From Octopus sinensis (Eukaryota): a DNA stretch of 64,000 nt. Location: NCBI RefSeq assembly GCF_006345805.1, contig NC_043012.1, forward strand, positions 55,924,001-55,988,000, read 5' to 3'. Below are positions 49,084 to 61,844 of the stretch, one piece after another; position 1 is the first letter of the stretch, and each line of letters begins with the position of its first letter. The notes under the pieces were generated by a model. It was not told the origin of the DNA. It ran no database searches and saw nothing but the letters and a program-made list of their open reading frames with translations. A program made the translations under genes and the position numbers.

Positions 49084-50734
49084 ACGCTTTTGTCAAACAT
49101 ACTTATATATTCACATTCTATGAAATTAATCCTGTGTTATTTCATAGCTTTGAAATTTCGAAGATATGATTATTTTTAGTATGACATTGCAGTGTGGGTG
49201 TGAGAGGCTGGATCTGACCAGTATGGATATAAAACAGGTAGAATATTTTGGCCAGATATGGCCAGTTTAAATGCTAAAGGGTGCATTGTGTTCTTGAGCA
49301 AAACACTTCATTTCACATTGCTCCAGCTGTAAATGGGGAACCCTCCCTGCAACAGATTTGTGTTCTATTCAGGGGGATGAAACTAGCCAGCCAGCCAGCC
49401 TGCCTGCCTGGCCAGTAGGATAGCATCATTCAAAAGCTACAACAATGCAAGTAAATGCATTGTGACCAGTGATGCAGAATATCTGATAGCCTGATCAACA
49501 CACAACATACAATTAAGTTTTCTCTTTTCTAGAATATTTCAAATCACATTGAAGTATCACAAATATTCATTATAGAACAAGCAAATTACTAATATATATA
49601 TATTTAAATAACACAGCATAAAAAACATCTTTCAAAATAGTTAAGAAAAATGCAGAAAAGTGGGGTAGGTAGATGAAGGGTTGAGAAAGCAACTGGCTGG
49701 TAAGAACTGACGCTGTTGTAGAAAAGTAGAGACAATATTTAATAAGCGAGAAATTATGCCTCAGTAATGAGATGATGCACATGCATTAGCTGCACTTTAT
49801 AAGGAAAGAAAAAAAGGACCACACGCAGCAAACAGCCAACACACAAATCCCACCCGCCAAAATAAAAAAGAAAAGAAATGAAAAAGATCAAACTCCAAAA
49901 GCTCCACAGAACAGAATGAACAGATAGATAAACAAACAGAAACATAATCATCAGGAGTTCAATATCCTGAACAGTCAACATTTCATTGAAACATTAATAC
50001 AATTTCTTTTTCTATTTTTTTTTTTTCTTCTAGTGCTGCTCAACTTTTTCTTTGACAAACTCACTTTCAATGATGATAAAGTTTGTGTCTAGTTAGTAGA
50101 ACAGATTAAAATGTCTGAGACACGTTATTGTTAATTATATGATTATATTTCCGTCCAACCCGTGCTAGCGCGGAAAACGGACGTTAAACGATGATGATGA
50201 TGGACTATTACCCTACATCTTTTGACATGAAACAAAAATGTTTTAATATTCACATCCTACACAACGTTGCAATCATTTTGATCTCAAATTGTGAACAGGG
50301 ATAAGACCCCATATGACAACCAGAGATAGAATCATAGATAGTCAATGTAAAGATGTAATTAATAAAATACTTTTCATCATTAAAGATGAGGATCAAAGTC
50401 TAACTAAATTATAAATGCAGCAGTATGGATGTTTCGTGTAATTAGTAGGATGGTATGTTTATATGTCAGATTTGGGTCTTCTCAAGGGTTTGATGTATAA
50501 TTGGAATTCAAAAATGCTGTCAGCTAGTGACAAAATTGGTCACTGCTTTAAGAGCATCTGGTTTTCTTATAAGTAAGTTTCTTGTCAGCCAAACAGACAT
50601 TAAATATTTAATTCTACACCAAATTCAGCTAATATTAAGATCCTACAGTATCTATTGTATATAATCATCAGAATAATGGATAGGGAAATCCAACAGAGTG
50701 ATGGAGTAAATAACATGCAATATCTACTCAAGTC

Positions 50735-50955
50735 AAGGCGGTAACCTAGCAGAATCGTTAGTATGCCAGGCAAACTACTTAGCGGGATTTTATCCATATG
50801 TCCCGAGTTCAAAATTCCACCACAGTCAACTATGCCTTTCATCCTTTCAGGGTCAATAGAATAAGTACCAGTTATGTACTGGGGTAAATGTAACTAACTA
50901 TTCCCATCCCACAAATTTCAGGCCTTGTGCCTATAGTAGAAAGGATTATTATTAT
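50735..50955 (+). mobile_element. Diverged SINE family B
   Basis: gcctttcatcctttcagggtcaatagaataagtaccag. Confidence 0.75.
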
Positions 50956-51392
50956 TAAGGTGGTAAGTTAACAGGATTGTTAGAGCATTGGGGAAAATAC
51001 CCTGTGGTATATCTTACGGCTCTCGACATTTTAAGTTCAAATCCTACCAAAGTCAATAAAATAAGCACCAGTCAAAAACAATTATCATCACAGTGTGATA
51101 TTCTTTTATGTGTTGTCCAACCCCGGAAAGCAGACGTTAAATGATGACGATTTTTATAGGAGGAATGTTTTCCTTTTATGATTTGTACATTTGCTAATTA
51201 GTAAAACAACTGCATTTATATGGCCAAATATCCTTCGTACTGCTAACGCCACTTGACCATGAAGTATGAGTAAAACCTTTTTGTCAGCCTAGCAGACTGA
51301 GACCTCTAAGGATTAAAAAAAAATCAAACCCTGCGACTAATGGTCGTAATTATCTTTTCTACTCCTCACCAGATAACTACAATGGATTTCAG

Positions 51393-51455
<63 letters not shown>

Positions 51456-52614
51456 TCATTACACACCTCTAGATAGTTATTATACTAGCTAGAAACAACT
51501 GACAAATCTCCCTCAAATCACACTGTCATCTTAATAAAACATAACTGGTAATGTAATCTGAGATACACAATGACCAAAGGAAAAAAAAACAAAAAGACGA
51601 GATGGTCATGGCTGAACTACATCTGATAATGAGCCTGTTTATGAGGGTCAACAAGTGGCTGAACAGCAACAGACCACAATTAGAGACATAGAGGGCCTAT
51701 AGCCTAGGGCAAAACTGGACCAAAATAATGATGGACAATCTGGTTTCAGTGCAAAAAATGGTATCTCTGGCACCTTGATTTGGTACACAAGAACCATTGA
51801 CCTCAGTCCCAGCAAACTAATAAAGCTGTTGGTAAAGATACAGTGCTCCTGCTTCTTACAGCAGTGAACTGGCCTTATTGTATGTGGTACCTACATACAG
51901 CTAATTAGACTGAACCAGCGAGAGCAGTTAAGTACCTTCAGCAACAAACTAAGTAGTAAACAGGATATGAACCACTGTCTGGTTAGGTAAATGTCTGACA
52001 CCTATGTATAAGACTATAATTGCGACTTTATGATGGTTTGAACTCTTGTCAATCTGTTCAGCACCTTGACCTTACAATCACTGTGCCTGGTCAGGGTCAA
52101 TCTTTAAATAGTTTGAATGTCTTAGTGGTGATTGGAAGCAACATTTTCGAATAACAAGACACAGTGTAAAGGTTTGAAGCTAGATGGCGGGAGGCTGCAA
52201 TGTTACGTCATGAAAGGTTCGTTAAGATGAAGAATGAGGAGAGAATAAAAAACAACTGAAGCAGGTGAGAGTGTAGTGAGAGAGTAGTAGTAATAGTAGT
52301 AGTAATAATAGTAGTAGTAGGAATCAGTGGAGTTCATGCAGTGTGTAGTGTAGCTGTGGTACCTGAGCTGGTAACTGGTCACTGCTTAACCTGTCTGGAG
52401 AATGGCCAATGCCCTGCTGGTCAAGTTTTCCTGAAACAGCAGTGACAGCAGCAGCAGCAGTAGTGGTAGCAGTAGTTGTGGTAGTTGTTGTTGTAGAAGT
52501 AGTAGTAGTAGTATAAGCAGAGCAGCTAGGAGACGAAATAGTAGTTGTAGTGATGGTAGTAGTAGTAGTAGGAGGAATAGGAGAAAGACTTGTCATGGCT
52601 GGATTCACGCTCAC

Positions 52615-52774
52615 CTCCTGTTTAGCTTGTTCAGCCTCTTTTTGGGCATCTGTCATATTGGATTTCCAAAGAATTGCTTTGTGTTCCAGTTTGACCTTCA
52701 AAGCTTCAAGTTCTCGGTGGGAATCTTGCAGTTTGTTGTAATCAGATGACAGTTGTAAATTTTCTTTCCTTGAT
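52615..52774 (-). CDS. SLMAP: SLMAP-like internal exon (SRKENLQLSSDYNKLQDSHRELEALKVKLEHKAILWKSNMTDAQKEAEQAKQE)
   Basis: ttttgtag acceptor, GAG|gtgagc donor; 160 bp, phase 2-0. Resembles the human SLMAP C-terminal coil as I recall it (SQKQSLELTSDLSILQMSRKELE); not database-checked. Confidence 0.9.
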
Positions 52775-53912
52775 CTACAAAATCAACATTAATTGTTCAA
52801 GTTTCCCCAGATTCTCTTTCGTTTATTCATTTATTTATTTTTAAAATAAAAAAAAAACACATTTTCAGAATAAATATATACAAACGGTTAAAAGAAAACA
52901 TACAATGAAAATAAAATGACCAAAGAAAGAAAAATGCACAATTCACCAATACAGAAATTCTGTCCTACTTTCTGCATAATTTTACTACAAAAACTATAAA
53001 ATCTAGCTGGATACAAAAAATACAGTGAAAACTTGTGACAACATGAAGTCATTTCAGAACCAAACAGAAACACTGATCATTATGAAAATGAATCATATTC
53101 TCTCTTATATTTAACTTGTACCTTGTGGGTATGTCCTCATCATCTCTCTTTCTCACACACTCTCTCATGCGCGTGCGCGCTATCTCTCTTGAGGGAAGCC
53201 ATGTATTCATCTATTCAACAAGACACTTGTCCTGTCCCTCTATCATGCTTTCACTACAATACTATACTCCACTCAGCTGAGGCAGGTCTTGTCTTGCAAG
53301 TGTTTAGATAACCTCACTAATGCTGCTACCGTGATTTAGGGGGGAAAAAAAAAAATGGCACCCTGTATACTCTGCAAAACAGTTGGCGTTAGGAAGGACA
53401 TCTAAGAGTAGAAACCATGCTGAAGAAGACACTGGAAAAAGCAACATCAAATGAGGATGATGATTTAGTTGCTAATTTCATACATAAAAATTCACCAAAA
53501 GATATAAAAAAAAAAAGAGTGCTCACTTAAATGAATATCAGCTGATCGCAGTTATTTTGAGATAATCTCAACCAACCTATTGCTGACAGTGAGGCAAACC
53601 AAAGCAATTTATAAAAAGTTCTCTAAACCCCCCGAATCACCTGCGGCTTATTTAAACTCTCCATCTACAACATACTAAAAAGGCCGATACTTTACATACT
53701 TTTAACCATCTTGCCTCTGCTCTATATCAATTTCATCTTTCTGAAATCGCTGATAAATACTCGTCAAATACTAGAGGGACTATACTTTTAAAAGTAGTGT
53801 CCTAATTATCAGTTGAATGCCTGGAGCTGTTATATACGAAATTTATGTAAACCCTTATTTGAAAAACATGTAAAACACATGATACACACAGATATATATG
53901 CATGTATGTGTG

Positions 53913-53951
<39 letters not shown>

Positions 53952-53952
<1 letters not shown>

Positions 53953-54085
53953 TCGATTCATAGGGTTACCCAGGGTTTTGAATCCATAAAGCAATTGGCT
54001 TTGCAGTCATTAGGGTCAAACAAAACATATGTAAGGCTTAGTGCTTTATGGAGCAAAACACTAGGTGACCCTACGAATTGGCCAT
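53952..54085. mobile_element. Small MITE with ~40-bp TIRs
   Basis: gattcatagggttacccagggttttgaatccataaagc versus gctttatggagcaaaacactaggtgaccctacgaatt. Confidence 0.6.
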
Positions 54086-54183
54086 AATTATCTTTATCAA
54101 AATACTCTATTGCTCTAACTTAGAGTGTGCTTCTCTTTAGGATTTGTGATTTATTGATGATATATTTGTGTTTGTGTGTGTGT

Positions 54184-54578
54184 TCTGGCTGTGTGGTAAG
54201 TAGCTTGCTAACCAACCACATGGTTCCGGGTTCAGTCCCACTGCGTGGCATCTTGGGCAAGTGTCTTCTGCTATAGCCCCGGGCCAACCAATGCCTTGTG
54301 AGTGGATTTGGTAGACGGAAACTGAAAGAAGCCTGTCGTATATATGTATATATATATGTGTGTGTGTGTGGGTTTGTGTGTCTGAGTTTGTCCCCCTAGC
54401 ATTGCTTGACAACCGATGCTGGTGTGTTTACGTCCCCGTCACTTAGTGGTTCGGCAAAAGAGACCGATAGAATAAGTACTGGGCTTACAAAGAATAAGTC
54501 CCGGGGTCGATTTGATCGACTAAAGGCGGTGCTCCAGCATGGCTGCAGTCAAATGACTGAAACACGTAAAAGAGAGTA
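54184..54578 (+). mobile_element. SINE family A, complete copy
   Basis: Head to tail intact, antisense within an SLMAP intron. Confidence 0.9.
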
Positions 54579-56403
54579 AAGAGATGCAGTTACCCTGTTT
54601 AAAACATGTGAAGTTTACATATTTTGAGTATGAATGGTTTGACAGGAGCAGGCAAGATGGAGGGCTGCTCCACACTCCAGTTGTCTGTTTTGGCATGGTT
54701 ACTATCGCTGGGTGCTTCTTACATGGCACCATCAAGGATGCTTTTTTTATGTGGTGCCGGCAGAACTTTTATCCCTGATGAGAGTGTGGTAACAAATGGA
54801 AACAGTCAGCCAGCTGTTAAGAGCCAAATCTAAATAAATATATCTACCACACCCTACAGTTCTCCACTGCAACGTTGTCTTGAGCATTTCATCAAAACTA
54901 AATCTCATATATAAATAAAATCCCTTACATTAGTTTATTTCCCTTGCCCTACAATTTTCTCTGCTCCCTATTCCTACATTCATGCTACCACTTTCACAGA
55001 TTTCCCCTTAGAAATCGCCATTCAAAAAAAAAAAAAAAAGGGAGGCGGGAGACAACCCATGCACAACTGCGATAATCTGACAAATAAGAGTAGTGCCCCT
55101 TCCATTTTCTGAAGAGCATCCGTACTTCTAGCGTTATCTTCACAGAAAAAAAAAATCAGCAGGAATATATACAGGCACAGGCATGGTCGTTCGTTGAAGT
55201 TCCGCTTTGCAACCACATGCTTTCTGGTTCTACCCTGCAGCGTATCACCTTGATCAAGTGTTTTCTATTGTGGCCTTGAACCGATCGCAGGTTTGTACGT
55301 GAATTCAGAAGACAGAAACTGAATATATCAAAATACATTAGTAGTAATTGATGGACAGGTGCCAATTCATTAGAGCCGTTTCTAACGAATTTTTTTAATT
55401 GATCAATGAGTACCCTATATCATTATAAGAAACCTTTTTCTCCAGATGAACACATGAACTTTACAATCATGGACATTTAAAATAATTTTAAATCCATGGC
55501 ACATACATATTTAGTGATTCTGTGACTGGCTCTTGCTGACCTAACCAGGTGCCTCAACTTTAAGTACTTTCTTCAACAGAATCTGGTTATGCTATATTCT
55601 ATATATATATATATTGAAAAAAAAAAGGAGAGTCAGAAACCTCTATCTACCCCCCTCTTTGCTTTCCTTTCTTGATTGCCCTGCTCCTTATCTTTCTTTC
55701 TCCCTCCCTCAAAAACAAAACCAAGAAAACGTTCTGTTTTTATCCTTTTGGTTTTAATTTTTACCTTGAGTTCAGTTCGACGAACAAAAACACTACTAAA
55801 TTATCCAAGATTCTAACAATCTCCTTTTTTTTAAAAAATACAATATCTGTACACCACTTCAAACACTCTATACATACATACATACATATATACATGCATA
55901 TATGGAAATGCATGTGTATATCTATAAACACATACACAGAGATCTACAATTTTTTGAGGTTTTTCTTACAAGCTACTCATTGGATCATAATTTTCCACAC
56001 AACTTCATAGGTTTGAACCCAAGCTATAAATATAATCACATTTCTAGAGGAAATGTCTAAAGAATGAAATGAATTATACAAGAAAGTGTTTTCACTGTAT
56101 TTTCTAATTAAAACCAAGGAATTATATCGAATCAATATTTCTATATTATATATTGAATGCATGCCTATATGACTACACAAAAAATTATATAAAGAAAAAT
56201 AATAATAGTTAAGCACTTAATCCAGCAATGTGTAATTAACAGATAATACTTAATCATTTAGCTACATATAAAACATAACAATAGAGTTAACAGTTGTTTA
56301 TCGAGGACTATTCAAGCTCTTAAACTAACATATTTTACATCATAATATAAACGGAACATTAAAAAAGGGTTGGGTTTGTTTTTACATTATGATCTCTACT
56401 TAC

Positions 56404-56479
56404 AACTTCATCTCTGTTTCAATAGCATGTATTCGCTTTCTAAGGTTTGTACATTCCTCTTTTAGGGAGTTCAATTCAC
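56404..56479 (-). CDS. SLMAP: SLMAP-like internal exon (ELNSLKEECTNLRKRIHAIETEMK)
   Basis: ttttaccag acceptor, TT|gtaagt donor; 76 bp, phase 1-2; heptad-like; TT+A=Leu joins the next exon. Confidence 0.88.
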
Positions 56480-56769
56480 CTGGTAAAAAGGTAAAAAAAA
56501 TTATTATTTTTAAGAAATTGTTTCAAAAATATTATAAATCATCATTATCATCATTTAAGGTTTGTTTTCAATGCTGGCATGGGTTGGATAGCTTGACAGG
56601 AGATGGCAAAACCAGGGGGTGCACCAAGCTGAATAGAGTATAGTGTGTGCTTTTTATGCAACACCAGTGTCTATTTTTGTGGTGCCAGCACCAGTGCTTT
56701 TTTATTCGTGGCACCAGGGCCAGCATCATTGCTTTTTATGTGGTACCAGCACCAATGCATTTTTTTTTT

Positions 56770-56975
56770 CTTTTGTGACACAGTAATTTAGAAGGAAGGG
56801 TTTAGTTGACTACATCAACCCCAGCACATAAGTGGTACTTTACTTTATCAGTCCCTGAGGGATTAAAGGCAAAAATGACCTAGGCTGCATTTGAACTCAG
56901 AATGTAAAGAGCTGGAAGAAATATAAAAAGATATTCATTCCAAAATTGTAATGATTCTGCCAGCTTTCCACCTTA
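56770..56975 (-). mobile_element. Diverged SINE family B
   Basis: atttgaactcagaatgtaaag, attctgccagct. Confidence 0.7.
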
Positions 56976-57344
56976 ATACATGCTTCTGATTTAAGCACAA
57001 AGTCATGGAAACATGTGGCTAAGTGGTTAGGGTGTTCAGCTCACAATTGCAAGGTCACAAGTTCAATTCCTGACTGCACATTATGTTCTTCATCAAGACA
57101 ACTTATTTCATGCTGTTTCAGCCAACTCTAGGATTCATTTCCAATATCTATTTGGAAATCTTGAAGCAGCCAGTGTTTTATCTGCCACCACCATCACCAA
57201 CAATAACAGGGCTGTTTGTATTATTTCAGTAAAACATAGCGTTTCACTTGGTAATTAATATTCAAAGCTATTTCTAAAATACTCCAATATTAACTCTCTT
57301 TTTTTGTTTTACTATTCAAGATAGTAAATAAAATACATAATAAT

Positions 57345-57565
57345 AATGGTTTCAAATTTTGACACAAAGGCAGCAATTTTAGGGGAGGAGATGAGTCAAT
57401 TACATCAACCCCAGGGTTCAACTGGTACTTATTTTATTGACCCCCGAAAGGACGAGAGGTAAAGTTGACCTCAGTGGAATTTGAACTCAGAAAATAGTGA
57501 CAGGCAAAATACCGCTAAGCATTTCATCTGGCGGGCTAATAATTCTGCCAGCTCGCCGCCTTCAT
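57345..57565 (-). mobile_element. SINE family B next to an SLMAP exon
   Basis: Ends ctgccagctcgccgcctt, about 25 bp from the 57590 donor. Confidence 0.82.
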
Positions 57566-57589
57566 TATAATAATAATGATAATAATTAC

Positions 57590-57706
57590 TTTTGTTTTTA
57601 GCTGTGGGTCTGTGCGTAGATTCATGTGAGCTCTTAACATGAGGAGAATCTCGTTGACGAGTGTTTTTATCAGTGTCTATTTCATCTTGTAATGTCTTTA
57701 CTTTGT
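57590..57706 (-). CDS. SLMAP: SLMAP-like internal exon (KVKTLQDEIDTDKNTRQRDSPHVKSSHESTHRPTAKNK)
   Basis: ttttatttaattag acceptor, A|gtaatt donor; 117 bp, phase 1-1, no stop, in frame with both neighbours. Confidence 0.7.
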
Positions 57707-58401
57707 CTAATTAAATAAAAAAAATAACATAAAAAGATTAATAACAAAAAATAATGAAAAAATCATAATTACAATTTGTTTTCAATAATAATAATAGCAG
57801 TCTATACTTCCTGGATGAATAATTACCATTTGTGTTTTTGTAAAGTTACTACCATTGATAATTTTATTGTATCTGAGAGCATAATAGATGCATGGGTATA
57901 TTAGACACATTTCAACAGTGCACATTCCGAAAAAAATTGTTTTTAGTTACAAAGGCCCAACTTTGCATAGAGGACCAGAAGTTCTTTTGTTTTTTAAAGA
58001 CTAATTTTGATATTAAGAAAAAAAAAAAACGTACATCTTATATGCTTTCGAGTTCAATATTACTGTAAAAACTCATCTCAAAAATGTTGATATGGAACAA
58101 CATTCTCAAAAATCTAAATTAAATTAAATGCCTTATTAAGGTAAATTTATAATTTAAATTAATGCATCATTGAAATTAAATTCTGAATTAAAAATGTGAA
58201 AACAGCCGCTCAAAACTGTAGTTGATCTGTATCGAAATCTTAACTCCACAAAATATGTTTAAATGTTAAATCATTAAACATTTTGAGACATAAATTATGA
58301 AATATAAAATTTTAAATCATAGAATTTTAAATGATTAAATATTCGTAAATTATTCCTTGCTTGAAGAAAATCAACAAATGCAGAGAAACTTCAGCACTTA
58401 C

Positions 58402-58464
58402 TCTTCAATTGTTCTGCTTCATTTCGGCTCTGTTTAGCACTTTGGAGCGCCTCCTGCAGCAATC
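58402..58464 (-). CDS. SLMAP: SLMAP-like coiled-coil protein, internal exon (LLQEALQSAKQSRNEAEQLK); upstream exons not identified in window
   Basis: tatag acceptor and A|gtaagt donor; 63 bp, phase 1-1; joins in frame to the next exon (A+AC=Asn). Confidence 0.8.
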
Positions 58465-58654
58465 CTATATAAGAGATATATATATATATATATGTATACG
58501 AGTCTTAATATGTAACTCAATCTCAACAAATATAACATATAATTACATTAATAAATGATTTTTAACCTTGACACAGAGGCACAAATTTTGGTAAGATATG
58601 AAGAGACCAACACCAACATCAAAATAAAAATCAAATGGAAATTGTAGTTAAGAT

Positions 58655-58940
58655 ACCCGTGCCGGCAGCACGTAAAAAGCACCATCCGAACGTGGCTGAT
58701 GCCAGCGCCGCCTGACGGGTGTCCGTGTTGGTGACACATAAAAGGCACCAACCGATCGTGGCCGTTTTCCAGCCTCCTCTGGCACCAGTGCCGGTGGCAC
58801 ATAAAAAGCACCCACTATCCAGCTGTAGAAACACTGCTAGATCAGACTGGAGCCTGGTGCAGCCTCCTGGCTTTCCAGACCCCAGTCAAACCGTCCAACC
58901 CATGCTAGCATGGAAAACGGACATTAAATGATGATGATGG
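58655..58940 (+). mobile_element. SINE family E
   Basis: Same blocks, (GAT)n tail. Confidence 0.8.
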
Positions 58941-59589
58941 TATAATCTATTAAATCAATCAACACTAGCACTTGCCTGGTTCTTAGTTGATTAGCCACAG
59001 AAAGATGAAAGCAAATTCAGCTCCCATAGGATTCAAACTCAGGAAAAGAAGAGACCTTAGCTAAATACCACAAGGCATTTCATTAGTTTCTCAACTGATT
59101 CTGATATTAACCATTCTATCATAGTCTCACATTAAAACAAATTAAACAAATATTAAATATGGCTGCAAATTTAAATTAAATCAAAACATTAAAAAAAAAA
59201 AAATCAAGGAATTGAGATTGCCAAATGAATAAACTGTTAACCTAGAACTCTGTACCTTGGGCACAGGATCGAGAAACTTTTATCATCTCACACTTGGTTG
59301 GGCAGAAAGTCTAAAGTTGTGCTGCTTTTCTTCATTATCTCAGTTTTTTCTGAACATTTGAGTGACAACAGAAGCTTCATCATCATTTAATGCCTGTTTG
59401 CCATGCTGGCACCAGTCAGATGGCAAGTCCATGGGCCATACCAGGTTCCTTAGTTTGTTTTGGATTAATTTCTATAACTGGATGCCTTTCCTCCTGTCAA
59501 TCACTGTACAGATTATACTGGGTGCTTCTTACATGTCACCATCACCAGTGCTTTTTACATGATACCGGCATAATAATAATAATAATAAT

Positions 59590-60242
59590 CCTTTCCACTA
59601 GAGGCACAAGGCCTCAGATTAGGTGAGAGGGGACCAATCAATTACATCGTCCCCAGTATTTTACCGGTACTTTTACTCCCTCTACGCGATCAGGTTCAGT
59701 CGTCTTCTCCGGGCCATCAGAGAACGCGCCAACGACGGCACATAATACCGCCGCGTGTAAGTGGACTCATTGGCCAGATCCGAGGACCTCACCAGACCGT
59801 TCAATCGGTAGTAGCGATGGGCAGTGTGTACAAAGGGCAGGGATGTGATCGATGCAGGCTGATGACCCGCACCTACTGGGAATTCTTCCTTCACGGGGTT
59901 GGTTCCAGGCCCCGATCCCTATCACGGGAGGTGGTTCAGAGGTTTCCCGACCCTCTCGGGCTGGGGGAGACGCACCTGCTGATACCTCCAGTGCAGCGCG
60001 TGTGCGGTCCTGGACGTCTAAGGGCATCACAGACCTGTTATCGCTCTGCCTTGTGCAGCTTTCTGCTGCCCGTCCCTCTAAGAAGTGCTGCATTCACCAA
60101 CCAACTGGCCCGGACGTGACAGCATGCCGCCACCAGGCTTGACCCTGAAAGGATGAAAGGCTAGGGCAACCTTGGTGGAATTTGAACTCAGAACACAGCA
60201 ACAAGCAAAATACTGCTAAAGATTTCGTCCAGCTTGCCAGTT
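59590..60242 (-). mobile_element. SINE family B split by the 18S fragment
   Basis: Tail 59590-59672 (...ccggtact), head 60139-60242 (tgaccctgaaaggatgaaaggc...). Confidence 0.8.
59669..60138 (-). pseudogene. 18S rRNA 3'-region fragment (dispersed, decayed copy) inside a SINE
   Basis: Reverse complements of conserved 18S motifs: gatgggcagtgtgtacaaagggcaggga (consensus gacgggcggtgtgtacaaagggcaggga, with CpG-type changes), tctaagggcatcacagacctgttat, ccctctaagaagt, acttttactccctcta. No 3' terminus, ITS or other rDNA around it. Confidence 0.9.
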
Positions 60243-61134
60243 AATAATAATAATAAAACAATAAATGGGGGTGGCGATAAATTTATGTTATTATTACAAG
60301 AAAAAAAAAACACATCACTTACGTTTCTTTTCAATTAGTTCGTCAAATGTTTCTTTGTGCTTAGACTTCTCAACATCTAATTGATCTAAATAGAAAAAGA
60401 AAGACAGTAATTAATACTACCAATTTCTTTTTCTTTCTAGTCTTTTTCTTTTCTTTTTATATTTCTTAAATAAATGAAAATATTAGTCTAATATATATTT
60501 ATCTCAACTAAGACTGGTTAAAAATATACAAACTGAAACAGAAAACAGAAAAATAAAAAAATTTAAATTGTTGAAATTTTTAGTGCTGGAAAAAAAAGAA
60601 AAAAGAAAGAAGAAACCACGAGTAAATTCTACTCACTAAACAGAATTTTTGCATCGTTCACATGTCATCATCATCATAATCACAGCCCTAAGCTATAAAG
60701 GTTGAAAATGTCAAAGTATGATATTTTACAATGTAGTTATCTTCTAAATGTGTCGATGTTGAAAGTATGGGGGACAGAAGATGATGGTTGTACATAGGAA
60801 ATGGTTTGTTATGCAAAAATTAAACCAAATCATTGTTTTTATTCAGTTTAACAACAACAACTGACCAGAGATGAGTTGGGGTTAACAAATATATATATAT
60901 ATTATCATCATTGTTTAACGTCCATCTTCCATGCATGTATGGGTAGGACAGTTGATAGGAGCCGGCCAGGTAGAAGACTACCCCAGACTACTGTGTCTGT
61001 TTTGGTAGGGTTTTTACGGCTGGATACCCTTCCTAACACCTACTACTCCACAGAGTGGTTGGTGTTAACAAATGGATTATATGTGTGTGTGTGTGTGTGT
61101 ATTTAGAGTTTTTGAAGTGATGTACAGATATTGT

Positions 61135-61322
61135 ATATTTAGAATAATAAGGTAATCAGAATGTTGGATGATTATATATATCTTTTTTTTATTATTTATT
61201 CACATCTTATTTACATTTTTAGTGCTTTCTTCTGTTATTGGAAGAAAGCAATAAAAATGTAAATAAGATGTGAATAAAAAAGTGTAATCATCCAACATTG
61301 TAACTACCTTATTATATATATA
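61135..61322. repeat. Diverged inverted repeat of the same family as 24830-25287
   Basis: Shares gatgtacag...gtaatcaga..ggatg; central hairpin tgctttcttc tgttattg gaagaaagca. Confidence 0.75.
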
Positions 61323-61600
61323 TAAGCATTAGAGTAAAGTATATATGTGTGTGTGTATATATATATATAAATCAAAATTAGGGTGAAAAATTGGATATTA
61401 ATTTGATAACATCAATTTTAACACCAGTGGTCTAGCATATAAAAGAACTGAGATTCAGTAAATAGTATTTCATACATAAATAGAAGACCATAGCGGATCT
61501 TCTAGCATAAGGGCTTCCACATAGTGGTTAAAAAAATTCCCTCTTATATTTATGTATGAAATACTATATATATATATATATGTGAGTGTTAGAGTGGACC

Positions 61601-61634
<34 letters not shown>

Positions 61635-61680
61635 ATGCGTATGTTAGAGTACACCAGATATGTGTGTGTGTATATATATA

Positions 61681-61722
<42 letters not shown>

Positions 61723-61844
61723 GTTATACACACAAGAATATACAGACCAGAGTAGTAAAACAAATGTAACACCAATACCATAAAGCTCCCTCAGAAGACA
61801 ATGATACCTCAGAAACAGAGGAGTGCATCAAATAAAAGAAAAAT

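Noticed and set aside
59240-59350. Further upstream SLMAP exon
   Set aside because: A cag acceptor is present, but the open frame ends at a phase-0 donor or a stop, incompatible with the phase-1 exon at 58464; the alternative acceptor is weak.
59669-60138. Functional rDNA unit
   Set aside because: Partial, carries CpG-type substitutions in conserved motifs, and has no ITS/5.8S/28S.
60637-60693. SLMAP exon with gtgagt donor
   Set aside because: The only open frame (LRAVIMMMMTCERCKNSV) ends in phase 2 and has no coiled-coil character.
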